From assembly GCA_016178585.1 (NCBI GenBank), contig JACOTA010000013.1, positions 3,183 to 67,182 of the forward strand: a DNA stretch of 64,000 bases. The letters are read 5' to 3'. Under the pieces are notes generated by a model. It had not been told where the DNA came from and made no database searches. It was given only the letters and a program-made list of their open reading frames with translations. Position 1 is the first letter of the stretch. Every line of letters starts with the position of its first letter. The position numbers and the translations under genes were made by a program. Positions 31,403 through 41,883 of this stretch are shown piece after piece. Source of the stretch: Nitrospirota bacterium (lineage in GTDB: Bacteria; Nitrospirota; Nitrospiria; JACQBW01).

Positions 31403-32275
31403 GTGAAGCAAAATCCTAACCTTTCTAAAGCCTTTTCCGACCATCGTCGCAGTTACGATCGTAACCGGCATGTTTATCCGGTTATTTCAAGGCGGTCAAA
31501 AGGGCTGTCGATAGGGATTAATCTTAACCCCGACAAGGTCTGTAACTTCGATTGTGTTTACTGCCAGGTTGACCGACGGGCTCCAGGTCATCCACCCCTG
31601 GTCGAAATTCCTCTCATCCTCCATGAGCTTAAGGAAATCCTTGAATCGGTCATGTCGGGTCAATTTTACCTGGACCCCCGGTTTAAGGATATTCCGCGTG
31701 ATCAGCTTATTTTAAGGGATATTGCTTTTTCCGGAGACGGAGAACCTTCCACCTTTCCGCTATTTTTAGAGTTAACCCAGGGAGTGATTTCGCTGAAAAA
31801 TGAATTAGGTCTTTTCGAACTCAAGGTCGTCGTGATTACCAATGCTTCAGGTCTGGGCCGTCTGGAGGTTCAAAAAGCCCTTGACTTATTGGATAATCAT
31901 CACGGGGAAATTTGGGCCAAACTTGACGCAGGGACGGAGGCTTACTTTCATAAAATTTGCCGGACACCGTTAGGTTTTCAAAAAATCTTGAATAATATTC
32001 AGTTTGCCGCCCAAAAAAGACCTATTGTGATTCAATCCTGTTTTATGAAAATCGATGGGAAAGGACCATCAGAAGATGAATTAGAGGCTTACGCAGAACA
32101 ATTCCGGCGAATTTTGGAGAACCATGGCAAGTTAAAGCTGATCCAGATCTACACCGTTGCGCGAGTTCCTGCCGAACCCTATGTCACCCCCCTGGAGGAC
32201 CATGAGCTTGATGAAATTGTCGAACGAATAAGATTAAAAATAAATGTGCCGTTGGAAGCTTTTTACCACGCTTAA
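31403..32275 (+). CDS. Radical SAM protein
   Basis: CNFDCVYC (CxxxCxxC) near the N-terminus. GTG start immediately after a repeat element; the exact start is uncertain. Confidence 0.6.
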   Translation: MKQNPNLSKAFSDHRRSYDRNRHVYPVISRRSKGLSIGINLNPDKVCNFDCVYCQVDRRAPGHPPLVEIPLILHELKEILESVMSGQFYLDPRFKDIPRDQLILRDIAFSGDGEPSTFPLFLELTQGVISLKNELGLFELKVVVITNASGLGRLEVQKALDLLDNHHGEIWAKLDAGTEAYFHKICRTPLGFQKILNNIQFAAQKRPIVIQSCFMKIDGKGPSEDELEAYAEQFRRILENHGKLKLIQIYTVARVPAEPYVTPLEDHELDEIVERIRLKINVPLEAFYHA

Positions 32276-32320
32276 TAACTGGAAAACCCCGTCCATGGTT
32301 TAGAAATTGAGGAGTATTCA

Positions 32321-32755
32321 ATGAGCGCCTTTGACAAAGAAAACCAACACAAATTTATCAGAATTGCAAAACAGTTAAAGAACGGTATTCCTCCGGACGA
32401 AGGCGAAGAAGGGATGATTGCCGATATCCTCTCTCAACATCCGGAATTTGAACAAGTTTGGGAACTTGGAGAAATGTCCGCGACACCGCAGGAGATCAAT
32501 GGCCAAATCGTTAATCCTTTTGTTCATACCGCCCTCCACCTGGCCATGGAAAAGCAAATTGAAAAGAATGACCCCATGGAGGTCGTCGAAGCCATTAATA
32601 ACCTGTTAAAAGGGGGAAAGGAAAGGCATGAAATCATTCATCAGATCGGAGGGGTTTACGCAAACATTTATTTTGCGACCTTTAGAAGGGGTCAGATGTT
32701 TGAAGAGATCAGTTATATCGAAATCGTCAGAGAAATGACCCGCGGCGAACAATAG
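32321..32755 (+). CDS. Hypothetical protein (144 aa)
   Basis: ORF with RBS GAGG. No motif recognised with confidence. Confidence 0.4.
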   Translation: MSAFDKENQHKFIRIAKQLKNGIPPDEGEEGMIADILSQHPEFEQVWELGEMSATPQEINGQIVNPFVHTALHLAMEKQIEKNDPMEVVEAINNLLKGGKERHEIIHQIGGVYANIYFATFRRGQMFEEISYIEIVREMTRGEQ

Positions 32756-32758
32756 AAC

Positions 32759-32886
32759 GTCCTGAACGTGGAGATGAGGTCAGTTGCAAGGCCGCAGCTT
32801 TGAGGGCGACGCAGGCGTACTTTGTCGGTACGTCGAGGAGACCGAAAGGCGAGAACGCAGCAAATGGCCTCGTATCAGCGTTCAGG
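32759..32886 (+). ncRNA. F3 structured element, copy b (fills a convergent intergenic gap)
   Basis: Same architecture, with compensatory changes in the closing stem. Confidence 0.45.
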
Positions 32887-32888
32887 GG

Positions 32889-33083
32889 TTATTCAGATTG
32901 ACCGGGCCGTAGGGGCTCATGGCACCGGTCACAAAACTCATATTTTGCCGGGTTTTCATAGTGACATTCCGGGCAAAATAAATGTTTTTCCCATTGATAA
33001 GATGGAAACTCGGCCAAACACTTTTCACAAAAACTCGATTGATTCAGATTCGGAGTGTCGCATTTTGGACAATGAAGAATCAT
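32889..33083 (-). CDS. Double zinc-ribbon protein
   Basis: 64 aa with four CxxC pairs (CPKC, CEKC, CPEC, CDRC). Confidence 0.55.
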   Translation of the reverse strand: MILHCPKCDTPNLNQSSFCEKCLAEFPSYQWEKHLFCPECHYENPAKYEFCDRCHEPLRPGQSE

Positions 33084-33157
33084 ACCGGTTAAAACCCTGT
33101 TTAAATAAAAAATCCCGCATCTCGCGGGATTTTTTTAAAATCTCGGTTTATTTTTTA

Positions 33158-33421
33158 TTACCGCGGGATGAATCCCTCTTTTGACATTTCAAAAGGACTG
33201 GCAACCTGGTCCACGGGAACCATTTTGATGGCATGGTGTTTGGCCAGAGTATCACAAATTCCTACGCAAATTTCACACCCCTTGCAACGGTCAACTGCGA
33301 CATAGGCCGTTTTACGGGCGCTATCATATAAAATTGTATTGGCTTCCGGACAATATTGCGTGCAAAGGCGGCAACTTGTTTCTGAACAAATGGATACATT
33401 GATATCAGCTACAACGTACAT
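33158..33421 (-). CDS. 2-oxoacid:ferredoxin oxidoreductase delta subunit (ferredoxin), operon 2
   Basis: 87 aa with two 4Fe-4S motifs. Paralogous to 13807-14019. Confidence 0.8.
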   Translation of the reverse strand: MYVVADINVSICSETSCRLCTQYCPEANTILYDSARKTAYVAVDRCKGCEICVGICDTLAKHHAIKMVPVDQVASPFEMSKEGFIPR

Positions 33422-33472
33422 GAAACTCCTTTAACAATAATTCATTCAAGTTGATAATTTAATTTCGATAGC

Positions 33473-34174
33473 CTAGGCGGTAACCTTTTGTTTCGCGGGT
33501 TTAGCCACCTGCCACCCCTGCTCAATCGCATAATGATGAGCAAAGGTAATCGCATCCATATTTTTTTGAATCAGCAGGGCTTTTTTGGCGAACTTTTTTT
33601 CAATCACGTTATCTAACGATGCGGTCCCGCCGGAAACCACAAATCCTTTACCCAAAAACCTGTCCTTGACAGATTGCTCAAGGGACACAAGATCAGGCAT
33701 TCCCATAATTCCTGCCATGGCGCCGCACATCGCCATGTTGGTCGCTAATTCTGTTCCCGCGACTTCACTGGCAATCTTGGTGGCCGGCAGATAATATACC
33801 TTGGCCTCTTTTTCCTTTAATTCTCTTTCTTCATCCTCAATAAGCGGAAGAGGCGTATCGTTGTTAATGAGAACGATTCCGCCCTGTTTAAGGCCTGAAT
33901 AAAAAGGCATCGTGTAAGACTTTCCATGGGTGATCACCTGAGAGTGGAAGATCATTAAAGCGTTCGGAAAAATGATTTCTCCAATTTCATAAATACGATC
34001 CTCGGAAATCCGCACATAACTTTCAACCGGAGCCATCCGTTTTTCAGACCCGAAAAACGGAACAAGCGTGCTTTCTCCGCCACTGACAATGACCGCATTG
34101 CTGAGAATGTGAGAAGCGGTCACCACACCCTGCCCGCCAATTCCAGCCATACGAATATTATATCGTTTCCTCAT
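33473..34174 (-). CDS. 2-oxoacid:ferredoxin oxidoreductase gamma subunit, operon 2
   Basis: 233 aa. Confidence 0.8.
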   Translation of the reverse strand: MRKRYNIRMAGIGGQGVVTASHILSNAVIVSGGESTLVPFFGSEKRMAPVESYVRISEDRIYEIGEIIFPNALMIFHSQVITHGKSYTMPFYSGLKQGGIVLINNDTPLPLIEDEERELKEKEAKVYYLPATKIASEVAGTELATNMAMCGAMAGIMGMPDLVSLEQSVKDRFLGKGFVVSGGTASLDNVIEKKFAKKALLIQKNMDAITFAHHYAIEQGWQVAKPAKQKVTA

Positions 34175-34209
34175 TAATTTATTCCTTCTATCTTATGGTT
34201 AAACCGAAT

Positions 34210-35082
34210 TCAGGAAGCGGCCGCCGTTTTTTTATTTTCCTTTTCGACGCGCGCTAAATATTCTTTCGCCTCATCGGAAATAATTTCCATAAATCCATAA
34301 CGATCTTTTTCAACTGCTCGCGCATCGTCCATGACCTTGGGTGTCGGAATCGCATATTCAATGTTGCAGGAGGTGTAAGCCTGAACATAGGTCGGCCCGA
34401 TCTCCCTGGCAATTAAAACAGCCTTCCGAATCACGCTGGCGATGCGGGTTGGGTTGGTTGGAGCCAGCCGCACGATGTAAGGAAGTCCGGCGGTTTTGGC
34501 AAGGCCAATAACATCCATTTTTTCAAACTTTTTACCAAAGGGAGCCATCTTAAGGACCATCCCTTTGGTGGTCATGCCGCTTTCCTGGCCGCCGGTGTTT
34601 CCATAAACCTCGTTATCCAACATGATCGTTGTAAATTTTTCTTTTCTAAACCAGGAATGCATCAGGGCGCTAAAGCCGATGTCGACCAGGCCGCCGTCGC
34701 CCGCCATGACAACGACATCTTTTGGCTGATTTTCATGGCGAATCGACAGACCCCTTTTTAAACCGGAGGCCACCGCATTGGTGTCGCCATAGTTTCCGTA
34801 AACGAAAGGAATATTAGCCTGAGAAAGAGCCAAACGTCCGCAGCCGGCAGTCCCGATGATAATCGTATGTTCCGGATTGGGGAGCCCCACCATGGTCAAC
34901 CGGATAAAGAGGGTCATGGCACATCCCGCGCACATCGGATGTTCCTCTAAAAGCTCTTTAAAGCTTCCCATTTCGGAAACTTTTACCTGACGGCCATAAG
35001 GGCCTCTTTCAACCAGGTCCACATATTCTTTTGGCATATAATGGGAAAAACCATCTGCTATTTTAACGGTATCTAATGACAT
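34210..35082 (-). CDS. 2-oxoacid:ferredoxin oxidoreductase beta subunit, operon 2
   Basis: 290 aa. Motif GDGGLVDIG. Confidence 0.8.
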   Translation of the reverse strand: MSLDTVKIADGFSHYMPKEYVDLVERGPYGRQVKVSEMGSFKELLEEHPMCAGCAMTLFIRLTMVGLPNPEHTIIIGTAGCGRLALSQANIPFVYGNYGDTNAVASGLKRGLSIRHENQPKDVVVMAGDGGLVDIGFSALMHSWFRKEKFTTIMLDNEVYGNTGGQESGMTTKGMVLKMAPFGKKFEKMDVIGLAKTAGLPYIVRLAPTNPTRIASVIRKAVLIAREIGPTYVQAYTSCNIEYAIPTPKVMDDARAVEKDRYGFMEIISDEAKEYLARVEKENKKTAAAS

Positions 35083-35143
35083 CTGTTCCCTTTCCTGTTT
35101 TTTCTTCTAAAGAAGAATTTAGTTTGGATTAACGATCTTGAAC

Positions 35144-36400
35144 CTAAAAGCGTTTACCGCCGGCCTGAGGGAAAATATAATCCAAAATCATCTCTGTGGG
35201 CATCGACATTCCACCAAAAACACGGGGACCATCGGCAATTTCCGCGTGAGTATGCCCGTATAAGGTATTTCGCACTTCTTTGGTATGCCATCCGACATAA
35301 TTAAACTCCGGAACAATAATTCTTTTGGCATGCTTGCAAGCTTCAATTAATTCAAGTCTCGGATATGGCCGGATCGATTTTATTTTCACAAGACCGATCT
35401 TCACGCCATGATCTTCTTCAGCCTGCCGAACGGCCTCCCTGGACTGGGAAACGGCGCTTCCGGAAGCGACAATCATAATATCGGAGCCGGGATTAACGAC
35501 TTCAACTGCGCTTCCCATATATTGGTTAATATACCGGCGGGACCTTTCATGAGCGGCAAAAACTTCCTGCTGCCAGGAAGCGTGCATATGGTAACTGATA
35601 AAATTTGATTTTTGAATCGGCGCATCTCTGGAGATACGGGCCGGAGGATTTTCGTTGTCCATACAAGGTGTCGCGGCACGATAAGGATCTCTCGGAGGAA
35701 GCTTGATATCTTTAGGAGGTAATTCAACATATCCGCGGGCATGGGTCACAAAGAATCCATCGACCGCGACGACAACAGGAATATTGACATCGACTTTTTC
35801 TGTAATCATAAACGCTTTCATGGTATAGTCGAAAAAGTCTTGCTGATTTTCGGCGTGGAAAAGAAGAACTCCGGTATTTAAAAGATAGGACAGTTCAACG
35901 TTGTCCGGCTGAATGGCAAGCGGCGCATTCACCACGCGACACATCACGAGAAGAACCAGAGGCATGCGTCCTCCGGGCCATGAGGCGATCACTTCAAGGC
36001 CCCTTAAAAGGCCAGGTCCGGCTGTCGCCGTCAGCGCACGCACACCGGAACGGGATGCCCCGGAAATCGCCGACATGACACCGTATTCTTCTTCACCTCT
36101 ATAATAATCCTTTAAATAACCTTCCGCATAAAGATATCCCACCTGTTGCATCGTTTCGCTCTGAGGCGTAATCGGGTAAGAAATGGCAATATCCACATTA
36201 GAACGGCGAATCGCCTCTTTGGCTGCCTCGCTGCCGGTGATAAAAACCCTTTCCCGGGGAGCTTCAAAGAACATATGTTCAGGGGTAACAACCCGTTGTA
36301 ACGAAGCCTCGCTTACTTTTTCTTTTTTTGGCGCCTCCGCTACGGATATGACGTCCCCTTGCGGGTTTGTTTTTACTTCTGTTTCTACTCCTTCAGACAC
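35144..36400 (-). CDS. 2-oxoacid:ferredoxin oxidoreductase alpha subunit, operon 2
   Basis: 418 aa. Confidence 0.8.
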   Translation of the reverse strand: MSEGVETEVKTNPQGDVISVAEAPKKEKVSEASLQRVVTPEHMFFEAPRERVFITGSEAAKEAIRRSNVDIAISYPITPQSETMQQVGYLYAEGYLKDYYRGEEEYGVMSAISGASRSGVRALTATAGPGLLRGLEVIASWPGGRMPLVLLVMCRVVNAPLAIQPDNVELSYLLNTGVLLFHAENQQDFFDYTMKAFMITEKVDVNIPVVVAVDGFFVTHARGYVELPPKDIKLPPRDPYRAATPCMDNENPPARISRDAPIQKSNFISYHMHASWQQEVFAAHERSRRYINQYMGSAVEVVNPGSDIMIVASGSAVSQSREAVRQAEEDHGVKIGLVKIKSIRPYPRLELIEACKHAKRIIVPEFNYVGWHTKEVRNTLYGHTHAEIADGPRVFGGMSMPTEMILDYIFPQAGGKRF

Positions 36401-36484
36401 AGATTCCTCCTTGTGGATTTATTCACGATATGGATATGGAAATTCAGCCCAGAATATTCATAAAAACTAAGTCTTTTTAAAAAT

Positions 36485-36506
36485 TACACCAGTTCTTGAT
36501 CTGGTG
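36485..36506 (-). terminator. Rho-independent terminator on minus strand (ACACCAG-loop-CTGGTGT + AAUUUUUAAAAAG)
   Basis: 7-bp stem with a U-rich tail in minus sense. Follows the stop of the 99-aa gene. Confidence 0.5.
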
Positions 36507-36583
36507 TCAAGATAATTTTGGGAAAAACGGTTGATAACCAGAAGGATAAAATGAAGCGGATCAATCCAATTTTTTTATTTAAA

Positions 36584-36883
36584 TCAAGGGGTTTCGGCAA
36601 AGTGGGTCCTCCTGCCGGTTTGCCCGTCCCCATAGACCATAAAGACTCTTTTCCCCTGACGTACATGGTAGGTCGCCCAAGCCGGAGATTTCCCCTCATA
36701 CTCCGCCAGAGGGTCTTCGCCGTGGGCTTTAAAAAAGTCGGGATAGCTTAAACCCGCCTCCATAACATCTGCCAGAAGACAGTCGGTTGTAAACCCTTTA
36801 CCTTTTAAAACAACGTGTGTTAATATCTGTTGAATTTCTTCCGGATTGTTTACTTCAATTGCGTTAATTTCCTCTTTCAACAA
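36584..36883 (-). CDS. Hypothetical protein (99 aa)
   Basis: AGGAG RBS and protein-like composition (KRVFMVYGDGQTGRRTHF). Has its own terminator. Confidence 0.5.
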   Translation of the reverse strand: MLKEEINAIEVNNPEEIQQILTHVVLKGKGFTTDCLLADVMEAGLSYPDFFKAHGEDPLAEYEGKSPAWATYHVRQGKRVFMVYGDGQTGRRTHFAETP

Positions 36884-36924
36884 CGAACTCCTAAATAAAA
36901 AGATTTTTTAAAACGCGATACGCT

Positions 36925-37713
36925 TTAATAACTTTCTTCTTTGGAAGGGAACTTCCCGCCCTCGACGTCCCCTTTATATCGGCGAATCGCGTCTTCTGCC
37001 AGCTTTTTAAAGTCCGCATATTTCCGAACAAATTTAGGAACAAACTGATCAAACAACCCCAAAAGATCATAAAGAACAAGGACCTGTCCCCCGCAGTCGG
37101 GACCTGCCCCTATTCCAACTGTCGGAATCGACAAACTCTTCGTAACTTTTTTGGCTAATTCGGCCGGAATCCCTTCCAACAAGAGGGCAAAAGCGCCCGC
37201 TTCTTCGATTAAACGGGCATCGGATAAAATCTTATCGGCCTCTTTTTTGCCTTTTCCCTGAACCTTATATCCCCCGAATTTGTGGATCGACTGAGGGGTT
37301 AAGCCCAAATGCCCCATAACCGGTATTTCGGCATCCACAATCGCCCTGATCCGGTCGATCATGGGCGAGCCCCCTTCCAACTTAACCCCCATTGCGCCGC
37401 CCTCTTTTAAAAACCGCCCCGCATTATGAACGGCCTCTTCGTTCGAGACTTGGTAGGAAAGAAACGGCATATCGGCTAACAAAACACCGTTTTTGACCCC
37501 TCGCGAAACAATTCGGGTATGATAAACCATTTCGTCCATGGTCACCGGAAGGGTATTGGGATTTCCCTGGACAACAACGCTCAAAGAGTCTCCCACCAGA
37601 ACCACGTCGATTCCCGCTTCATCTACGATAGATCCGAAAAGAAAATCATATGCAGTCAGCATGGTGATTTTCTTACCCTCGTTTTTCTTTTTTTGAAGAT
37701 CTGGAATCGTCAT
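36925..37713 (-). CDS. panB: 3-methyl-2-oxobutanoate hydroxymethyltransferase
   Basis: 262 aa. N-terminus KITMLTAYD and motif GAMGVKLEGG. Confidence 0.85.
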   Translation of the reverse strand: MTIPDLQKKKNEGKKITMLTAYDFLFGSIVDEAGIDVVLVGDSLSVVVQGNPNTLPVTMDEMVYHTRIVSRGVKNGVLLADMPFLSYQVSNEEAVHNAGRFLKEGGAMGVKLEGGSPMIDRIRAIVDAEIPVMGHLGLTPQSIHKFGGYKVQGKGKKEADKILSDARLIEEAGAFALLLEGIPAELAKKVTKSLSIPTVGIGAGPDCGGQVLVLYDLLGLFDQFVPKFVRKYADFKKLAEDAIRRYKGDVEGGKFPSKEESY

Positions 37714-38576
37714 GACATGATTTCTCTTTTTAGGGCATTTTGAGCGGAGACCAGAGTATTGGACAAAAGCATGGCAATCGTCATAGGACCCACGCCCCCG
37801 GGAACCGGGGTAATGAAACCCGCTTTTTTAGAAACCTTTTCAAAATCAACATCCCCTACCAACTTCCCGTCGGGAAGACGGTTGATTCCGACATCAATCA
37901 CCGCCGCCCCGGCTTTAATCATCTCTTCGGTCACCATAAGCGCTTTTCCAACGGCCGCAACAACGATATCTGCCTTTTTAATTATTTCAGCTAAATCTTT
38001 TGTCTTGGAGTGGCAAATAGAGACTGTGGCATCTTTCTGCAACAACATTAACGCGACCGGCTTGCCCACCAGGTGGCTCCTTCCCAAAACCACCGCATTT
38101 GCCCCTTTTATTTCGATTTTCATGTATTCCAAAAGCTTCATGACGCCTAAAGGGGTGCATGGAACAAAACCCGCTTCCCCCATCATCAATTTACCGGCAT
38201 TTAACGGATGAAGCCCGTCTACATCTTTTTCCGGAGAAATGGCGTTAATTATTTTCTTTTCGTCTAAATGTTTCGGGAGAGGAAGTTGAACGAGAATTCC
38301 ATGAATTTTGGAATCCCGGTTCAAAAAGTCAACCAGCTTTAACACCTCTTCCAGAGAGGCGTTTTTATCCAGTTCGTGAAGCTCCGAATGCATACCGGCC
38401 TCCCGGGCCGATTTCCTTTTGTTCCGGACGTAGACCTGAGACGCTGGATGATCTCCGACTAAAACCGCAGCCAGGCCGGGAACAATCCCTTTCGCGACAA
38501 CCTCTTTGACCTCAATTGCGATCTGGTTCCTGATTTCTAAAGCAATTTTTTTCCCATCGATGAGCCTGGCAGTCAT
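37710..38576 (-). CDS. folD: Bifunctional 5,10-methylene-THF dehydrogenase/cyclohydrolase
   Basis: 288 aa. Motifs PGGVGPMT and VQLPLP. Confidence 0.9.
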   Translation of the reverse strand: MTARLIDGKKIALEIRNQIAIEVKEVVAKGIVPGLAAVLVGDHPASQVYVRNKRKSAREAGMHSELHELDKNASLEEVLKLVDFLNRDSKIHGILVQLPLPKHLDEKKIINAISPEKDVDGLHPLNAGKLMMGEAGFVPCTPLGVMKLLEYMKIEIKGANAVVLGRSHLVGKPVALMLLQKDATVSICHSKTKDLAEIIKKADIVVAAVGKALMVTEEMIKAGAAVIDVGINRLPDGKLVGDVDFEKVSKKAGFITPVPGGVGPMTIAMLLSNTLVSAQNALKREIMS

Positions 38577-39166
38577 ATCTTCGAACGGATCTCCTTTTGA
38601 GTGATTTCAATCGTCCTGTATTCCGTAAGGATTTTATTCATTTTAATGTCATGTTCCTCTGAAGGAATGGATTTCACAATCTGAAATTCAAAGGCCAGCC
38701 CGATGAGGAGCGCGGTTCGATTCTGGCTGAATAGTTTATCGTAAAACCCTTTACCAAAGCCAATCCTGTTCCCTGACGGATCAAATGCCACCCCTGGAAT
38801 GACCGCCAACTGAACAGACCGGCGATCTACCGGCCTGATAAACGGGCCATAGGGCTCTTTAATCCCATACTTATTTTCCCTTAACTCTGTTCTCAGGTCT
38901 TTGAGTTCGGAGAGTTCGATTTGATCGGTTTTATCGTTTAACCAGGGCACGACGACCTGTTTTCCTGCTTCAAGCGACTTCCGAATCACCTCATCGGTCT
39001 CAACTTCGTTTTTAAAGCCCATATAAAAATGAACGGTTTTTGCCCGCCGGTACTCCTCACGATTCAATAGCCTTGCCTGAATGGCGCGAGACTTCAGTTT
39101 CCATTCTTCCGGAGAAAGAGCCGCCCTCCTGGCAAGGAGTTCTTTTCGTATTCCGTCTTTGTCCAC
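38573..39166 (-). CDS. 5-formyltetrahydrofolate cyclo-ligase
   Basis: 197 aa. Motif GFGKGFYD. Follows folD. Confidence 0.75.
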   Translation of the reverse strand: MDKDGIRKELLARRAALSPEEWKLKSRAIQARLLNREEYRRAKTVHFYMGFKNEVETDEVIRKSLEAGKQVVVPWLNDKTDQIELSELKDLRTELRENKYGIKEPYGPFIRPVDRRSVQLAVIPGVAFDPSGNRIGFGKGFYDKLFSQNRTALLIGLAFEFQIVKSIPSEEHDIKMNKILTEYRTIEITQKEIRSKI

Positions 39167-39491
39167 GAATAACTTTCCTGTTTAACGCAAAAAACTAGAT
39201 TAACAGTCCGGCGCCATTCGTGTCAATCACGTTCCCGGGCCTTTAAATGGGCAAGGTCTTGTTTTCAGAAAAATTTTGTTTTTTAGATTTTTAAGGCGAA
39301 GTTAAATTTGGGGAAACAGGGGCGTTCAGGCGCACAAAAGTCTGGAAACCTTTTTAATGATAAGATGATTTCCGAAACTTTTGTTCGCCTCAGAAACCTT
39401 TTTGCGAAGCCCGTTATATTTTTGAATGGGAAAAATCAACTGGTCTTTGAATGAATCCATCCAAACAAATAATAAAATCTTAAAAAATAAA

Positions 39492-39779
39492 TTACTTTTT
39501 TCCTAAAACAGCGTCTTTGCAGGCTTTAGCCACTCGAAACTTTAAAACCCTCTTTGCCGCAATCTTAATGGCTTCACCTGTTTGGGGGTTTCTTCCCATC
39601 CTGGCCTTGCGATTAACAACCACCAGTTTTCCCAGACCCGGAACGGTGAAAGAATTTTTTGCTTCTTTATATGCCAACGAAATAACTTCGTCTAATATTT
39701 CGGCCACTCTCTTTTTGCTTAAAACTAATTTTTTGGAAAGATGTTCCAATATTTTAGATTTTGTCATGGACTTAGCCAT
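39492..39779 (-). CDS. HU/IHF-family DNA-binding protein
   Basis: Motif GRNPQTGEAIKIAAKRVLKFR. The likely start is the internal MAKSMTK (39779); the ORF track extends to 39848. Confidence 0.75.
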   Translation of the reverse strand: MAKSMTKSKILEHLSKKLVLSKKRVAEILDEVISLAYKEAKNSFTVPGLGKLVVVNRKARMGRNPQTGEAIKIAAKRVLKFRVAKACKDAVLGKK

Positions 39780-39903
39780 AATTCCTCCCCGGTTTGAGTT
39801 TAAAGCCGGCCAAAGCCTGAACGATAGCTTTTCGGCCAGTGTTTCCATACTAAAATAAGCATTTTTTTAAAAAAAGCAAGATAAAAATTAAAAAAACGCA
39901 AAT

Positions 39904-41130
39904 TTATTGGTCTTGCAAAATCAAAAATCCTTTTTTTCCGATTTTAATTCGGAATGTTTGATTCGTTTTCTTAAGTTCAAATTTAAAAAACGGATCCGAA
40001 ATCCGGCATGAATTGATTTCAACGCCTCCCTGTTCAATCAACCGTTTACTCTCGCTGTTACTCTTAACAAATCCATATTTAACCAAAAGCGCCACAATTC
40101 CAACGGTTGCCGAACCGGGAGGATCCAGCAATTCCGACAACGGGATCGGCCTCAGATCGTCGGGGAATTCTCTGCGGCTGAACTTTTGGGTAAACTCCGT
40201 TTCGGCGGTTAAGCTTTCCGCCACGCTATGGAAACGGGCAACAATCTCCCGCGCTAATTTTCTTTTTGCCTCCATTGGGTGGAATCGGCTGACCTCTACG
40301 ATGGGCAGGTCCGTCAAAAGCTCATAATATTTCAACATGACAGCATCATTTATCGACATGATCTTTCCGAACATTTCAGATGGGGGATCCAACAGTCCAA
40401 TACTGTTTCCATACGATTTGCTCATTTTTCGGACCCCGTCTGTTCCCTCCAGTAACGGAAGAGTCAGGACGACCTGGGGATTCTGACCATAAGCGCGCTG
40501 TAAATCCCTCCCCACCAGAAGATTGAATTTCTGATCCGTTCCACCAAGCTCGACATCTGACTTCAGAGCAACAGAGTCATACCCCTGAATGAGAGGATAA
40601 AGAAATTCATGAATGGAAATAGGTTGATTAGAAGCATATCTTTTTTGAAAATCGTCCCGTTCCAGGATACGGGCAACACTATAATGGGCGCTTAAATGAA
40701 TTAAGTCTTCCGCGGACATTTTACTTAACCAGCGGCTATTAAAGTCAATCACTGTTTTTTGAGGGTCAAGGATTTTAAAAACCTGTTCCTTATAAGTTTC
40801 CGCGTTTTCTAAAACCTCTGTTTTAGTCAGCGCTTTTCGGGTGTCAGACCTGCCGCTTGGATCACCAATCATACCGGTAAAATCTCCAATTAAAAAAATG
40901 ACCTCATGTCCTAAATCCTGAAAGGCTTTTAGTTTCGACAATAAAACGGTATGTCCGAGGTGCAGGTCTTTTGCCGTCGGATCAAAGCCGGCCTTTATCC
41001 GGAGGGGTTTTTTTTCTTTAATCGAGTATTCAATTTTATGAATCAACTCGTCTTTCTGGATAATTTCCACACATCCTCTGGAAAGAATATCGAGTTGCCT
41101 TTTTACGACTTCTGAAAACATGTCAGCCAA
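39904..41130 (-). CDS. tyrS: Tyrosyl-tRNA synthetase
   Basis: HIGH-like HLGH and KMSKS motifs, with a C-terminal S4-like domain. Confidence 0.9.
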   Translation of the reverse strand: MADMFSEVVKRQLDILSRGCVEIIQKDELIHKIEYSIKEKKPLRIKAGFDPTAKDLHLGHTVLLSKLKAFQDLGHEVIFLIGDFTGMIGDPSGRSDTRKALTKTEVLENAETYKEQVFKILDPQKTVIDFNSRWLSKMSAEDLIHLSAHYSVARILERDDFQKRYASNQPISIHEFLYPLIQGYDSVALKSDVELGGTDQKFNLLVGRDLQRAYGQNPQVVLTLPLLEGTDGVRKMSKSYGNSIGLLDPPSEMFGKIMSINDAVMLKYYELLTDLPIVEVSRFHPMEAKRKLAREIVARFHSVAESLTAETEFTQKFSRREFPDDLRPIPLSELLDPPGSATVGIVALLVKYGFVKSNSESKRLIEQGGVEINSCRISDPFFKFELKKTNQTFRIKIGKKGFLILQDQ

Positions 41131-41141
41131 TTTTATCTTTT

Positions 41142-41513
41142 TTATTCAACTGTAATATAGGGTTTTATTTTATTGAAATTTTTTGAACCCACCCCTTTAA
41201 TTTCCATCACGGATTCAATGGTGGGGAAAGGGCCGTTCAAGTCCTGATATTCCTTAATCCGCTTCGCAAGTTTTTCTCCTATCCCGGGGAGTGTCATCAG
41301 GTTATCCAGAGAGGCCTGGTTCAGGTTTACCTTTTTCTCATCGGCTCCCTCTCCTGATAGAGCGGATGCGTCCTGAGAAGGCTGAGGCGGAACGATTTCT
41401 TGCTGCGAGACCCACCCCCTTAAACCAAAGGCCGTTCCCAGGGCGAGAAAAAAAAGAAGGAATTTAAATACTCTAATCCTCTTCCTGCTGTTCCTCTCGA
41501 ATAAATTCTTCAT
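41142..41513 (-). CDS. ComEA-like helix-hairpin-helix DNA-binding protein
   Basis: Signal/TM N-terminus. HhH motif [15 protein letters not shown]. Confidence 0.7.
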   Translation of the reverse strand: MKNLFERNSRKRIRVFKFLLFFLALGTAFGLRGWVSQQEIVPPQPSQDASALSGEGADEKKVNLNQASLDNLMTLPGIGEKLAKRIKEYQDLNGPFPTIESVMEIKGVGSKNFNKIKPYITVE

Positions 41514-41868
41514 ATTCCTTATAATCCATTAAGTTATCCAATTCAGATGGATCAGACATTTCGATCACCGCAATCCAGCCCAATCCGTAGGGGTCTTCAT
41601 TAATCAGTTCAGGCCTTTCTTTTAATTCCTGATTAACCTCAATTATTTTTCCGCTGATAGGCGCAAGAACAGGAGAGGTCGTTTTTGTCGATTCAATTTC
41701 CATAATTTCTTCTTCAGCGCTTAATTCGATGTTGGTTTCGGGGGTTTCGATAAATACAATATCTCCGAGCGATTCCTGGGCAAAATCGGTGATGCCGATC
41801 GTCGCGCGCTTTCCCTCTTTTTTGACCCACTCATGATCTGTCGAAAATTTTAAATCTTCAGGCCGCAT
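41473..41868 (-). CDS. gcvH: Glycine cleavage system H protein
   Basis: 131 aa lipoyl domain (ESTKTTSPV). GGAGG RBS. Confidence 0.8.
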   Translation of the reverse strand: MRPEDLKFSTDHEWVKKEGKRATIGITDFAQESLGDIVFIETPETNIELSAEEEIMEIESTKTTSPVLAPISGKIIEVNQELKERPELINEDPYGLGWIAVIEMSDPSELDNLMDYKEYEEFIREEQQEED

Positions 41869-41883
41869 TAAATCCTCCTATTT

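Noticed and set aside
32881-32900. GGGGTTATTCAG resembling the TATTCAGGGG end of the F1 family.
   Set aside because: The short match lies at the end of the unrelated F3 element and inside the zinc-ribbon gene's 3' end. None of the F1 conserved core follows.
36484-36751. Overlapping 71-aa (-) and 77-aa (+) ORFs between OFOR-2 and the 99-aa gene.
   Set aside because: They overlap each other and the minus-strand terminator and promoter region. Neither has an RBS. The region is better explained as regulatory.
37759-38211. 150-aa + strand ORF, and similar antisense ORFs inside kdsD (5684-6112), pyrG, lepA, the M16 peptidase and OFOR genes.
   Set aside because: Each is embedded antisense in a strongly supported gene. 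They lack RBSs and show antisense-type amino-acid bias.
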